The notes beneath the pieces are model-generated. The model searched no databases. It was not told where the DNA came from and saw only the letters and a list, made by a program, of their open reading frames with translations. The translations under genes and the position numbers were made by a program. Below are positions 54,357 to 64,000 of a DNA stretch of 64,000 nucleotides, piece by piece. Origin of the DNA: Candidatus Nitrosomirales archaeon (lineage in GTDB: Archaea > Thermoproteota > Nitrososphaeria > Nitrososphaerales > UBA213); the NCBI GenBank assembly GCA_049199595.1, contig JBMCYV010000004.1, forward strand, positions 32,350 to 96,349, in the 5' to 3' direction. Within the stretch, counting starts at the first letter, position 1; the number at the start of each line of letters is the position of its first letter.

Positions 54357-54545
54357 GAAGGTGAATTGTATTAACATGAACTTAACGCTTTGCATGATAG
54401 CTAAACGCATAACGAGAAAATATTACAAATTTACCTTGGATTTATGATGAACTATATACGAATGACCACCCAACAACGTTTATTTTCGTGTTAATCACCG
54501 ATCAAGACTGAATATTTATATTAGATGTGAAGTAATTTATTCTGT

Positions 54546-55202
54546 TTGGGTGATAGACCGCTTCTCCAAGTTGCGTTGGATCTTACCGACGTAAGGGAAG
54601 CGATGTCGCTTGCAAAGCTGGCTAGAGATGGCGGTGCCGATATAATCGAAGTAGGGACGCCATTGATAAAATGTGCGGGTGCAAACGTGATAAAGAGTGT
54701 CAAAGATTTTTGTGAAGGTGTACTGATCTTGGCTGATCTCAAGACGCTCGATGCAGGATGGCTTGAGACCGAGATAGCTGCTAGGAACGGCGCAGATATA
54801 GTTAGTATTTCCGCACTCGCACATAACAAGACCATTATAGACTCTGTGATGTGTGCAAGAAATCTTGGCGTTAGAATTATGGCTGATCTTATGCAGGTGC
54901 CAGATCCGGTTGATAGAGGATTGGAACTATCTGATTTGGGTATAGACTACCTGTGCATGCATACAGGCATCGATGTGCAGGAATCAGATAAGCAGTCGTT
55001 GGAGCGAACCTTAAAGCTTGTCAAAGGTGTAATGAAAAATTCCTCTATACCAGTAGCAGTTGCAGGAGGGATAAATAGTGTCAATGTCCGCGATGTAGTG
55101 AGAGCAGGTGCGAGAATTGTCATTGTAGGTTCACATATAACAAAATCAGCTAATGCCTACGAAGCTACGAAAAAGATCAGAAGTTTGATTGACAGCGTCT
55201 AG
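54546..55202 (+). CDS. hps: 3-hexulose-6-phosphate synthase-like (OMP decarboxylase suprafamily)
   Basis: 218 aa. LQVALDL, ...EVGTPL..., DLKTLD, ...VAGGI. TTG start. Confidence 0.8.
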   Translation: MGDRPLLQVALDLTDVREAMSLAKLARDGGADIIEVGTPLIKCAGANVIKSVKDFCEGVLILADLKTLDAGWLETEIAARNGADIVSISALAHNKTIIDSVMCARNLGVRIMADLMQVPDPVDRGLELSDLGIDYLCMHTGIDVQESDKQSLERTLKLVKGVMKNSSIPVAVAGGINSVNVRDVVRAGARIVIVGSHITKSANAYEATKKIRSLIDSV

Positions 55203-56185
55203 GTGCTTGATACCTTTCGTTGATTCAGCAACTTGCTTATGTTTGCAGAAGGTCTTCCATCTTTACTAATGACCTGCTTGGCAGGAGGGGTAGTCATATA
55301 CTGTTCGCTCAGGCCACCTATTCTCTCTTCATATGTTGGTATGTGCTCGTTCTGGTAGAAAACGCCTACAGGGATCCTGTTTCCCCATTCGTTTGCCTTT
55401 GCAACTACTTGCGACATTTTCGAATTCAATTCATCGATATCGTTTCCGTTATGCACTACGGGATCATAGCCGCTCTCTTCCAGTTTGTATGGTCTGGGCA
55501 TCGGCTTGTTTGTTGCAGGATCTATGTTATCTGCGCCAGAGAACCACTCCTTTGTGTATAGATCGTTGTATGTAGGGCAGGGCTGCAAAACATCAAGGAA
55601 GGCAAATCCCTTGTGCTCAACTGCCTTGCGTATTAGATCCTTCAAATGCTTAACATCGTATGAATATCCTCTTGCAATGAACGTAAAACCAGATACTAGT
55701 GCAAGCGCGATTGGGTTTACTCCTTGGTTTATGTTTGGATTTGGCAAGGATTTAGTCTTGAGACCCAACTTCAGTGTCGGAGATGCTTGACCTTTTGTTA
55801 GACCATACACAGCGTTATCAAATATTATGTATGCCATGTCAACATTTCTTCTTCCAGAATGTACAAAGTGTGCCGCACCAATACCAAGTCCGTCGCCATC
55901 GCCTCCCACTGCGATTATCTGGATTTCAGGGTTTGCAAGCTTTGCACCTGTAGCAAATGGCAAGACTCTTCCATGTAGCGTATGTATTCCATATGTGTTG
56001 ATAAAGTGAGGTGTCTTTCCAGAACAGCCTATGCCGGAGAATATCGCTGCCTTGTGTCTGGGTATCTGCATATCAACAAGGGCCATCTGTATTGCATTCA
56101 GGATACCAAAGTCTCCGCATCCAGCACACCAGTCGTTATGCACATCTGTCTTGTAGTCGGCAAGGTTGAGTTTCTTAAGCTCCAT
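55199..56185 (-). CDS. korB: 2-oxoacid:ferredoxin oxidoreductase beta subunit (TPP-binding)
   Basis: 328 aa. [20 protein letters not shown] motif. Confidence 0.92.
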   Translation of the reverse strand: MELKKLNLADYKTDVHNDWCAGCGDFGILNAIQMALVDMQIPRHKAAIFSGIGCSGKTPHFINTYGIHTLHGRVLPFATGAKLANPEIQIIAVGGDGDGLGIGAAHFVHSGRRNVDMAYIIFDNAVYGLTKGQASPTLKLGLKTKSLPNPNINQGVNPIALALVSGFTFIARGYSYDVKHLKDLIRKAVEHKGFAFLDVLQPCPTYNDLYTKEWFSGADNIDPATNKPMPRPYKLEESGYDPVVHNGNDIDELNSKMSQVVAKANEWGNRIPVGVFYQNEHIPTYEERIGGLSEQYMTTPPAKQVISKDGRPSANISKLLNQRKVSST

Positions 56186-58091
56186 GTATCAAGACCTCCC
56201 TCCTCTTTGCCTTTCCGTCAATTATCTTTCGTAATGCACGGTAAACTTCGCTTGAAGACATGGGTCTTCCGTTGTATTTCACGATGTAATAGTCTGGATC
56301 GCGCTTCACGTTCTCCCGTATGAGCTTAGACAACTGCGCAGAGTAGTTCATCTCAATGTCTATAAGCAGTCTTGTTTTTTCAAGCATGGACGCAACATAT
56401 TTCTCAGGAAATGGATTCAGCAGTCTTACCTGAACGAAATTTATCTTAACACCATCTGTTGCAAGAGCTTCCATCGCGTCAAGTATTGCCCCTTTGGTTG
56501 AACCCCAGCTTATTATCGTCATGTCTGATTCCTCGCCATACCTTACCGCTTTTTCTTCATCTGGTATCTCCTTTAGAGCCACCTCAAGCTTACCCATGCG
56601 CTTCTCCATCATACTGTTCCTGATTTCTGGATCTTCGGTAATATGCCCGTCCTCCTGGTGCTCGTCTCCAGTGTTCCAGAAGATGCCGTTTTCGGTACCA
56701 AGCCTTACTCTGGGCGATATTCCATTTTCTGTAAGCTTGAACCTGACATAGCCTTCCTGCACCTTGTCAAGCAACAGACCTCTGTCGATCTTGATCTTTG
56801 AAGGATCGAAGATCTTGCACGTTACGACACTGTTCGCCAATGCCTTGTCAACCAGATGAATTACAGGCATCTGGTATCTCTCTGCATAGTTGAACGCTCT
56901 GGCTGCATCGTAGAACGATTCTTCAATATCCCCAGATGCAAAGACGATTCTAGGAAATTCACCATGTCCAGCATGAATGGCAAACAGAAGGTCGCCTTGC
57001 TCGTGTCTTGTTGGCAAACCCGTACTAGGTCCTGTCCTCTGGTAAAGTGTAACAACGACTGGAACTTCGTTTATGCCAGCCCATCCAAGAGCTTCGGCCA
57101 TCAGCGAAAATCCTGGACCAGACGTGCATGTCGCGGATCTTGCGCCAGCTACCGAAGCGCCTATAGCCATCGTTATAGCTGCAATTTCATCTTCTGTTTG
57201 CACAACTGTTAGGGAACCCTTACCATTGAGTTCCAGAACTTGGTTTGACTCTAAGAATTCGCTCTCGTCAGATGCAGGTGTGATCGGGTAGTAAGTCTGA
57301 AACCTGCAGCCGCCAACGATCTTGCCCAATCCTGTGGCCTCATAGCCCTGAACAAGTATCAGCTCATCGCTAACTTTCTTGGCAACAAGCCTGTATCGAA
57401 AATCGTCTCCGTACTTTGCCTTTGCATGGTTGTACGCATAGTTTGCTGCATCAACGTTCATTTCAGCAATCTTGGGCTTTGCCTTGAAGATGTACTTGAT
57501 AGCGTTTGCGACCATCTCTGAATCGTAATCCAGTAAAGCAAACGATGCTGCTACTGACATCACGTTAACCATCCTCATAAGCTTGCCAAGCGATGGTTCA
57601 TTCCGCTTCTCAGCTATCTCTTTCAAGAGGTCTTGGAAAGCTATACCATATAGAACTGTGCCATTATCGCTTGCCAGCTGAAGTACATCCTTTACAGTGC
57701 TTCCCAGATTCTTCTTGCTTAACTTAGCCTTGAGATCCTCCTTTAAACGATTTTCTAGGAACCCGGCTTCATCAATACTGGTCTCCAGAAGCGATGTATC
57801 GTAAACCACTGCTCCACCATTTACAACAGATAATGCGTGTCTGAAGATCGTTTCAGCATCGAATGCTACCAAAACGTCAACATCGTCTACATGTGATCTG
57901 ATCTGTCTTTCGCTAATCCGAACTGTAAAGTAACTATGCTCTCCCTTTATGTTTGAGTAATATTCTCTCTTGCCAAAAATGTCAAGCCCACCCAGAGCAC
58001 ATGCCTTTGCGAATATGTTAGCAGCTGTATCAACGCCACTACCCTGAGGACCTCCTATGAGCCATGATAGTTTATTCGTTATAATTTCCAT
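56175..58091 (-). CDS. korA: 2-oxoacid:ferredoxin oxidoreductase alpha subunit (fused gamma-alpha)
   Basis: 638 aa. N-terminal gamma-like domain (GGPQGSGV) fused to the alpha domain. Overlaps korB by 11 nt. Confidence 0.92.
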   Translation of the reverse strand: MEIITNKLSWLIGGPQGSGVDTAANIFAKACALGGLDIFGKREYYSNIKGEHSYFTVRISERQIRSHVDDVDVLVAFDAETIFRHALSVVNGGAVVYDTSLLETSIDEAGFLENRLKEDLKAKLSKKNLGSTVKDVLQLASDNGTVLYGIAFQDLLKEIAEKRNEPSLGKLMRMVNVMSVAASFALLDYDSEMVANAIKYIFKAKPKIAEMNVDAANYAYNHAKAKYGDDFRYRLVAKKVSDELILVQGYEATGLGKIVGGCRFQTYYPITPASDESEFLESNQVLELNGKGSLTVVQTEDEIAAITMAIGASVAGARSATCTSGPGFSLMAEALGWAGINEVPVVVTLYQRTGPSTGLPTRHEQGDLLFAIHAGHGEFPRIVFASGDIEESFYDAARAFNYAERYQMPVIHLVDKALANSVVTCKIFDPSKIKIDRGLLLDKVQEGYVRFKLTENGISPRVRLGTENGIFWNTGDEHQEDGHITEDPEIRNSMMEKRMGKLEVALKEIPDEEKAVRYGEESDMTIISWGSTKGAILDAMEALATDGVKINFVQVRLLNPFPEKYVASMLEKTRLLIDIEMNYSAQLSKLIRENVKRDPDYYIVKYNGRPMSSSEVYRALRKIIDGKAKRREVLIHGA

Positions 58092-58159
58092 ACGTAAGTT
58101 ATATGCTATAACAGATTATTAATGGTTTGCAAATACAAAACTAACTAATTAATAATAAT

Positions 58160-58300
58160 TTAACCGCCGCCAGTCGATGCGTCAAATAAACAACATTCGC
58201 ATCCATCTCTCTCTCCGCAGTAAGGACATACACAAACACATGACTCTACTGGATTTCCGCAAAGATCGCAGAGAGCAATTTCATCGGTATTGCTCATCAT
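58160..58300 (-). CDS. cysteine-rich micro-protein (46 aa)
   Basis: Hand-translated: MMSNTDEIALCDLCGNPVESCVCVCPYCGERDGCECCLFDASTGGG. 9 Cys. 68 nt upstream of korA on the same strand. Confidence 0.4.
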   Translation of the reverse strand: MMSNTDEIALCDLCGNPVESCVCVCPYCGERDGCECCLFDASTGGG

Positions 58301-58329
58301 CGATTAATATGCGGCTTTCTATTAATACT

Positions 58330-59013
58330 TTATCTCTTGTAGTTCTTTAATGCCTGCACCAACCAATCCACATCTTTCTTGTTTTTAGCTAGTCTGGCGA
58401 TCTTTATACTGTCCCTTACATCCTTGCTGTTCATTTTGCCCCAGACAACATCTGATACATAATCTGCAAGTTCTGGATCTATTCCATCCATGATCAAGAC
58501 ATTGTTTGAAATTTTCTTGAAATCATCATATGAATATTTTTTGAACCTTAGTACCAGAAACCTTGAAAGCAACGGTCTAGGAAGTTTGTCGGTTGAGTTG
58601 CAGGATCCAAAGACCCATGTCCTTAGCTGCGTGCTCCTAGTCTTCTCATGTTTTGTCTCCGATAATATCCCAGTTTGCATCAAACTCAATAGCGCAGTAG
58701 CATCCTTAGTATTCATGTGCTCAATTTCATCTATTATGAGATACCTTGGACGCTTTGCAAACAGATAATCTACTAGACCGGATTTGGTACTGTGGCTCCC
58801 GAGGGTAAAGTATGAACGCTGCAGTTTCATGAGTTCCAGCATGAATAATGTCTTTGCACTGGCAGGAGGACCTACCAGTAAGATATGTACTGGATTTTCC
58901 GATGATAGAGACATCTTGAAGATGCGCTTCACATCTTCATGCCCAATTATTACTTTGAAAATCTCGCTCTGACTTTCCAACGGCTTTAACTCTTCTAACT
59001 TGTTCTGCCCCAT
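58330..59013 (-). CDS. AAA+ ATPase (minimal RuvB/clamp-loader-like)
   Basis: 227 aa. Walker A GPPASAKT, Walker B LIIDEIEH, sensor/Arg-finger region LLSRF. Confidence 0.75.
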   Translation of the reverse strand: MGQNKLEELKPLESQSEIFKVIIGHEDVKRIFKMSLSSENPVHILLVGPPASAKTLFMLELMKLQRSYFTLGSHSTKSGLVDYLFAKRPRYLIIDEIEHMNTKDATALLSLMQTGILSETKHEKTRSTQLRTWVFGSCNSTDKLPRPLLSRFLVLRFKKYSYDDFKKISNNVLIMDGIDPELADYVSDVVWGKMNSKDVRDSIKIARLAKNKKDVDWLVQALKNYKR

Positions 59014-59100
59014 GCGCTGTGATGATCTGGTTACTATCTATGCTACCCTGCCAATGCAAAGTAGCTAAAAGCTAAAAAGCTTCAAAGCATAACTCAGGTC

Positions 59101-60072
59101 GTGAAGAAACCTAAGGTATATCTGACAAGGAAGATTCCAAAGGCAATAGAAATTTTACAGGATTTTTGTGAACTTACCGTTCATAATAATACAAACGCCC
59201 CTAGCAAGAAGGAGATAATCAGGAATGTTAGTGATAAGGATGGTTTGCTATGCGTTCTTTCAGACAAGATAGATAGCGAAGTTATCGCAGCGGCAAAAAA
59301 TCTGAAAGTTATAAGTTCCTACAGTGTTGGTTACGACCATATCGATGTTGGTGCTGCGACAAAGCGTAGCATATACGTGACATACACTCCTGAAGTTTTG
59401 ACTGAGACAACCGCGGATCTGGCATTTGCACTGATGCTAGCTGCTGCCAGAAGGGTAGCTGAAGGAGACAGATTGATCAGAAGAGGGAGATGGAAAGGCA
59501 AGTGGTCATACGAGTTCATGCTTGGTCATGATGTTCACAAGAAAACACTTGGCATAATAGGCATAGGTAGGATAGGATCTGCTCTTGCTAGACGTGCGAA
59601 AGGTTTCGAGATGAAAATCCTATACTACAAGCGAAACAGACTTTCCATTGAAAAGGAAAGAGAATTGGGTGTTGAATTTAGAGAGCTTAACGATCTGTTG
59701 AGAGAAAGCGATTTTGTGAGCATAAATCTTGCACTTAGTAAGGATACATACCATTTGATTGACGAGAAGAAACTCAAACTAATGAAACGCAGTTCATTTT
59801 TGATAAATACAGCGAGAGGGCAGGTCGTTGATGAAAGAGCACTTGTAAAGGCCTTGAGGAACAAGTGGATTGCTGGAGCAGCATTAGATGTCTTCGAGAA
59901 GGAACCCCTGCTTAAGAATAGTGCTTTGTTAAAGATCGATAATGTTGTACTTGTACCACATATAGGGAGCGCAAGCAGGGAAACTAGAGATAAGATGGCT
60001 GAAGTTGCTGCGATAAATGTCCTTAATGTGCTCAAAGGTGGAAAACCGTTGTACGCTGTTAATCTAGTCTAG
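59101..60072 (+). CDS. D-2-hydroxyacid dehydrogenase (glyoxylate/hydroxypyruvate reductase-like)
   Basis: 323 aa. GIIGIGRIGSALARRA NAD motif, catalytic R/E/H region ...NTARG...PHIGSA. GTG start. Confidence 0.88.
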   Translation: MKKPKVYLTRKIPKAIEILQDFCELTVHNNTNAPSKKEIIRNVSDKDGLLCVLSDKIDSEVIAAAKNLKVISSYSVGYDHIDVGAATKRSIYVTYTPEVLTETTADLAFALMLAAARRVAEGDRLIRRGRWKGKWSYEFMLGHDVHKKTLGIIGIGRIGSALARRAKGFEMKILYYKRNRLSIEKERELGVEFRELNDLLRESDFVSINLALSKDTYHLIDEKKLKLMKRSSFLINTARGQVVDERALVKALRNKWIAGAALDVFEKEPLLKNSALLKIDNVVLVPHIGSASRETRDKMAEVAAINVLNVLKGGKPLYAVNLV

Positions 60073-60318
60073 ATCAGGGGGATAGTTTGTCACACAATCA
60101 GTTCCCACATTTTTTAGCTCAACAAACTTCATTGCTCCATTTGGTAGATCGCCTTTATGTTGCAAGCTGTCCAAGCGCGCTTCCATATGGCTTCTATGCT
60201 CTCCACAAACAACACCTACCATATATTCTCCAGAATCATACACTATTGACACTACATATGATGGAGGGTTTGGACAGTCTCTTCCCTTCTCCTTGATGGA
60301 ACATCTATCTGGAAGCAA
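60064..60318 (-). CDS. hypothetical protein
   Basis: 84-aa ORF with TTG start and several Cys/His. No motif recognised. Confidence 0.4.
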   Translation of the reverse strand: MLPDRCSIKEKGRDCPNPPSYVVSIVYDSGEYMVGVVCGEHRSHMEARLDSLQHKGDLPNGAMKFVELKNVGTDCVTNYPPDLD

Positions 60319-60381
60319 ACATCTTCATTGCTATCAAAAACATATTAAATCTTACCAACAGGCTTGTTCTTGTAATAGTAG

Positions 60382-60494
60382 CGCCGGGAGAGGGATTTGA
60401 ACCCTCGCGACCATTGCTGGTCACAGGCTCTTTGTTCAATTCCAGGCCTAGGCTCATTCATGATCTGCCTCCTCCCAAGCTAGAGCACCCCGGC
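60382..60494 (-). tRNA. intron-containing type-II tRNA, probably tRNA-Ser(GGA)
   Basis: The minus strand folds by hand. Acceptor GCCGGGG/TCCCGGC, G73. D arm CTCT-AGCTTGGGA-GGAG. Anticodon stem CAG^GC/GCCTG, loop CTGGAA^A. Long variable arm TGACCAGCAATGGTCGC. T arm GAGGG-TTCAAAT-CCCTC. This fold requires a 17-nt insert in the anticodon stem (about position 27-30) and a 10-nt insert at 37/38. Confidence 0.65.
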
Positions 60495-60546
60495 ACAGCG
60501 TGTAACAGAATACTAGGGCAAATAAACCTAGTTTTAAGATCTATAA

Positions 60547-61563
60547 CTAACTATTCGCAGATGTTTGCTTAGCACGCCATCCTTTCGGATATGTATTGGG
60601 TTTCATGATTATCCGTTTCATGCTAAAAGCTATACCCTTGCTGGACTCCGTTATATCCTGCGATGACATCAGCGCTTCTGCTAGAGCGACAATCTCGCCC
60701 TTCAAGGTATACACGCCAACAAAATCTCCTTTCTTCAAATCCTTGGGCACCTTCAGCACTCCCGGCACAGCAAGCTGGGCGCCATGACATAATGCGTCAA
60801 CTGCCGTGTCCCTGATTGTAACTGCCTTTACTGTTTGCAGTACAACCTCAATGGGCTTCACCATCCCCCTCAGCTTTTCTTCATTGCCGGTTTCCTTCCA
60901 GATAGTAAATGCATCTGTAAGGTCATGCAACTTTACTAAACCATGACCTTCGTCAATGTTGCTTACGCGCGTTCGACGCAATTCTGCCATTGTTGCTCCA
61001 GGTCCCAAAATCTCTCCAATGTCGTAAATTATCTTTCTAATGTACGTACCTGCTTGGCATAATATCCTCAGCAGGATCAGTCTGCTCTGCTCCTCCAAGA
61101 CTTCTAACTCATAAACAGTCCTGATCCTGACCTCTCTCTTTACAGCAGATCTTTGCGGAGGCCTCTGGTATATCTCCCCGGTAAGCTCTTCTACGACTGA
61201 TTTTAGAGACTGGCTGCTGACATTTGCGTGCAGCCTTGCAAGTGCATAGTATTCCTTGGGTCCGAAAAGCAGTACGCCAAGCGCTTTTGTAGCTTCACCC
61301 AAGCCAATTGGCAGCAAACCCGTTGCTAGAGGATCAAGTGTACCGCTATGTCCAGCCTTCTGTATGTTCAGGGTTTTCCTAACCCATGCGACAACCTCAT
61401 GGCTTGTGGGTCCGGGCGGTTTGTCCAGCTCAATCAAGCCGTAATCAAGCAAATTCTTCATGGGTCTCTTATCTGGAGGATAACCATATTTCTCGTCAGT
61501 AACATCATCGCCTAACTTTACCATCTTTTGAAACTGAGGAGGCTCCATATTCCATTTCTGCAC
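60547..61563 (-). CDS. cbf5: tRNA/rRNA pseudouridine synthase Cbf5 (H/ACA RNP catalytic subunit, TruB family + PUA)
   Basis: 338 aa. GHSGTLDP catalytic Asp motif and a C-terminal PUA domain. Confidence 0.93.
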   Translation of the reverse strand: MQKWNMEPPQFQKMVKLGDDVTDEKYGYPPDKRPMKNLLDYGLIELDKPPGPTSHEVVAWVRKTLNIQKAGHSGTLDPLATGLLPIGLGEATKALGVLLFGPKEYYALARLHANVSSQSLKSVVEELTGEIYQRPPQRSAVKREVRIRTVYELEVLEEQSRLILLRILCQAGTYIRKIIYDIGEILGPGATMAELRRTRVSNIDEGHGLVKLHDLTDAFTIWKETGNEEKLRGMVKPIEVVLQTVKAVTIRDTAVDALCHGAQLAVPGVLKVPKDLKKGDFVGVYTLKGEIVALAEALMSSQDITESSKGIAFSMKRIIMKPNTYPKGWRAKQTSANS

Positions 61564-61626
61564 TAACCTCTTATTATATTAATGCCATGTAGTATAACGG
61601 AACTTATGATGAACCACTTTTCGTAA

Positions 61627-62181
61627 TTACAGGTGCTTCACTATCGTATTTGCTATATCGACTACACTATCAACACTTAACGGGTCAGTGTTAAGTACAT
61701 AATCAAATACAGACAGATCATCGCCAAACCTTATGTCGTAAAGTTTCATGTATAGCTTCTTGTTCTCCTCGTCGCGCATGGAAATTATCTGCAATGCTTT
61801 TTCATATTGCATATTGTCTCTATTTGCCATCCTTCTGACCCTGCTCTCTCTTGAACCTTTCAACCAAAACTTTGTAGCTTCCTTTGCCAACCATGGCAGC
61901 GTGTAACTTGTTATAACAACGTCACCCTTAGCTGCTAGCTCCTGCAATCGTTCATCAACTTTTTTGTCAAAATCAGGGTTTGACTTTCTTTCCGAAAGAA
62001 ACTTTATTCCCTGCTCCGTGTCCCACCAGTCATTACCAGACATTGTATAACCTTTAGCAATAGCCATCTCTTTTAGAACATCGCCTCCAGAGTACTGCTT
62101 CAGATTGAACTTGTTGGCAATCGATTTTGCTACCGTTGTCTTGCCGACTGCTGGTAAACCAGATATTATTATAGCCTTCAA
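61627..62181 (-). CDS. cmk: cytidylate kinase (archaeal type)
   Basis: 184 aa. P-loop SGLPAVGKTT. Position is between DUF106 and cbf5, as in the conserved archaeal cluster. Confidence 0.85.
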   Translation of the reverse strand: MKAIIISGLPAVGKTTVAKSIANKFNLKQYSGGDVLKEMAIAKGYTMSGNDWWDTEQGIKFLSERKSNPDFDKKVDERLQELAAKGDVVITSYTLPWLAKEATKFWLKGSRESRVRRMANRDNMQYEKALQIISMRDEENKKLYMKLYDIRFGDDLSVFDYVLNTDPLSVDSVVDIANTIVKHL

Positions 62182-62254
62182 ACTGAGTGAACTCTAACAA
62201 ACCCGTCTATAAAACTGATCAGAAAAGGATTGGATTAATGAGAGTGTTTTGAAC

Positions 62255-63073
62255 TTAAACGCCCATACTCATCTCTGTCTTCGTCGCCTTCATTACCATC
62301 CCGCTAAAAGCCATCGACGTAATGGCATACCAAGCCCAGAGGAATAGTTCGTTCTCTGCGGTGCATCGCGGAATCCTTTCAGGTATATCAGGTTCTAAAT
62401 CAGTGTTAAGTGTCTGATACGCCTGCAGGAGCTTTTCCCTTGCATCAAGATACTTACCTTCTTGGACAAGTGTATTGGCATCGTTAGCCAACGCTAGCAC
62501 CTGATCACCCGACACACTGGTACCAGTGGATTTCAGCTCGGTAACTTTCTTCTCCAGCTCGGCAGTCATGCTGATAACGTCCTGCTGAATCATCGCCTTT
62601 GTACAAGTGATCGGGATCAGATCACCCAAGAGGTTTAACGATATGGGAGATACTGCAACCGTGTTTCCAAATACCTGGGGTAAGATGGCCCACCACATGA
62701 TCAGCATAGGAATCATGAATGCCATCATTGGCCTAAAATTCATCTGCATCATCTCCATCTGCAGCTTGTTCACGTACTGCTGTTTCTTCTTCATCTTTTC
62801 GATCTTTTCCTTGTCCTGCTTCTTGAGCGCGTCCATATACTCCTTCCTCCATTCGGTGGTCTCCTTCATTATGCGCTTCATCTTACCAATATCGGTCAAC
62901 TTTTTCCTCAAGACAGCATAGACGAACTGTAACGCAATGGCAATGCCTGTAATGAGAAATGCGGAGGTTATCATGCTTGTAATATATGGATGAATTGCGC
63001 CCCTAGGCGGCGCTAACTGCATTGTAATAGATGAAAGCAGCATGACTATCGGATCAACTATTGGATCAACCAC
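62255..63073 (-). CDS. DUF106/EMC3-Oxa1-like membrane protein with an inserted domain
   Basis: 272 aa. TM1, a lysine-rich coiled coil (KKQDKEKIEKMKKKQQY) and a Met-rich TM2 as in DUF106, then an extra helical segment of about 80 aa before the last TM. Confidence 0.7.
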   Translation of the reverse strand: MVDPIVDPIVMLLSSITMQLAPPRGAIHPYITSMITSAFLITGIAIALQFVYAVLRKKLTDIGKMKRIMKETTEWRKEYMDALKKQDKEKIEKMKKKQQYVNKLQMEMMQMNFRPMMAFMIPMLIMWWAILPQVFGNTVAVSPISLNLLGDLIPITCTKAMIQQDVISMTAELEKKVTELKSTGTSVSGDQVLALANDANTLVQEGKYLDAREKLLQAYQTLNTDLEPDIPERIPRCTAENELFLWAWYAITSMAFSGMVMKATKTEMSMGV

Positions 63074-63663
63074 TTCTTATCACCCAGCACACTTACTATC
63101 TGCCCAGTGGCTTCATCAAGCTTTCCATCACGGTTCGTGACAATTGTAAACGGTGCACCTGTAAGTATGGAACATGACGCTACCATTACCTGCGCTATCT
63201 CCAGTTCATGCTGGATATCATCTTCATTGATTATGTCTCTATCCCTTGTCTTATCAGCAAGCCTTCTGTTCAGGATCTCTTTTGGAGCAGCGGCAATCAT
63301 GATGAAATTTGTCGGCTTCATTATGTTCAGCAGATGTATAGGCAAACCAGGATAGTAGCCTTCTCTGGTGTTTATGAATAGATGGGTATCAATCATGATA
63401 ACCTGATCTGTCATACTAGCAATTCTCTGGGCTGTCATGTCCTGCAGTTTCCTCTGTTCCTCTACGGGCATCTTTCTTAATTCGTCCCTATGCTTCAGAC
63501 CATTCTTTACGGCTTCCTCAAACATCAGTGTGCCAAAAACAACCACCTTTGCGCTCACACCGTTCTTGTTCAATGCTTCTGCAGCTTTGGTTATTACTGT
63601 AGTCTTCCCTACTCCAGAGATGCCAACTACTATGGCTCTCTTACTTGCGTCCAAGCAATGCAC
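63058..63663 (-). CDS. adkA: adenylate kinase (archaeal AdkA type)
   Basis: 201 aa. P-loop GISGVGKTT. Directly downstream of secY. Confidence 0.88.
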   Translation of the reverse strand: MHCLDASKRAIVVGISGVGKTTVITKAAEALNKNGVSAKVVVFGTLMFEEAVKNGLKHRDELRKMPVEEQRKLQDMTAQRIASMTDQVIMIDTHLFINTREGYYPGLPIHLLNIMKPTNFIMIAAAPKEILNRRLADKTRDRDIINEDDIQHELEIAQVMVASCSILTGAPFTIVTNRDGKLDEATGQIVSVLGDKKWLIQ

Positions 63664-64000
63664 CCAGCTTTGGCATGAAGGTTTCTACTTGTTCTTTTAT
63701 CAACAGGTTGTAATAGTTGATCGAGATATCAACCGAGAGCAGGATGCCTATGCCAGTTCCAAACACTCCCAGCACATCTGACCCACCTGCCAGTAGACCC
63801 AAGATCAGTGCACCTAGAAATGTTACCGAAGGAATATACCGCTGCAGCAATAACTCAACAGAGGACTCTGCCCTCCTGAACCCTGGTACCTGTACATTTG
63901 AATCCAGCAGGTTTCTTGCAGCAGCTTTGGCCGAAAGACCCCCGAGCTCGACCCATAGTCTACCAAAGATTACTACAATTGTTGTGAGTATGACTATATA
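63641..64000 (-). CDS. secY: preprotein translocase SecY, C-terminal part (truncated by window edge)
   Basis: The frame is open to the window end: ...WVELGGLSAKAAARNLLDSNVQVPGFRRAESSVELLLQRYIPSVTFLGALILGLLA... Confidence 0.85.
   Translation of the reverse strand, partial: YIVILTTIVVIFGRLWVELGGLSAKAAARNLLDSNVQVPGFRRAESSVELLLQRYIPSVTFLGALILGLLAGGSDVLGVFGTGIGILLSVDISINYYNLLIKEQVETFMPKLGALLGRK

Overview
AT-rich archaeal chromosomal segment. Gene content and order point to a TACK / Thaumarchaeota-like organism; that assignment is an inference from gene order, split-type tRNA introns and a PEF-type C-terminal sorting signal, with no rRNA in the window to confirm it. Coding density is high and most genes are housekeeping. 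Recognisable blocks are: mre11-rad50; base-excision repair enzymes (family-4 UDG, MPG) and XPF; proS; a sulfur cluster (tusA-like, cysteine synthase, trxB, rhodanese); NAD kinase and Nob1; the exosome superoperon (SBDS-rrp4-rrp41-rrp42-L37Ae ... Pcc1-prefoldin beta); rpoD-L18e-L13-S9; leuCD-type dehydratase; two cofE-like genes; two-subunit 2-oxoacid:ferredoxin oxidoreductase; and the secY-adk-DUF106-cmk-cbf5 cluster. Only one RNA gene could be supported, an intron-containing type-II tRNA read as Ser-GGA. No CRISPR array or rRNA was seen. Several accessory or scarred regions interrupt this backbone. (1) 19.6-23.2 kb holds a translationally coupled wHTH/11-mer-repeat protein plus a P-loop NTPase with an Mrr-like C-terminus, next to a vapBC pair; this is my best candidate for an undescribed system. 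(2) 28.6-32.0 kb is a decayed integrated element bounded by a 16-bp direct repeat, with a frameshifted tyrosine integrase, an iteron/tandem-repeat block and an RTX-repeat secreted protein. (3) 40.0-43.3 kb is a low-coding island directly after rps9, with perfect 32-nt direct repeats carrying a tRNA 3' fragment, a GC-rich structured segment, a PEF-CTERM-type protein and a recombinase HTH remnant. (4) At 11.6-11.9 kb sits a 283-bp MITE-like foldback element with 27-bp terminal inverted repeats and an 8-bp target-site-like duplication. (5) 48.9-52.5 kb is an island of uncharacterised genes that includes a paralogous pair. All functional calls rest on motif recognition in the supplied translations. 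No database search was run.
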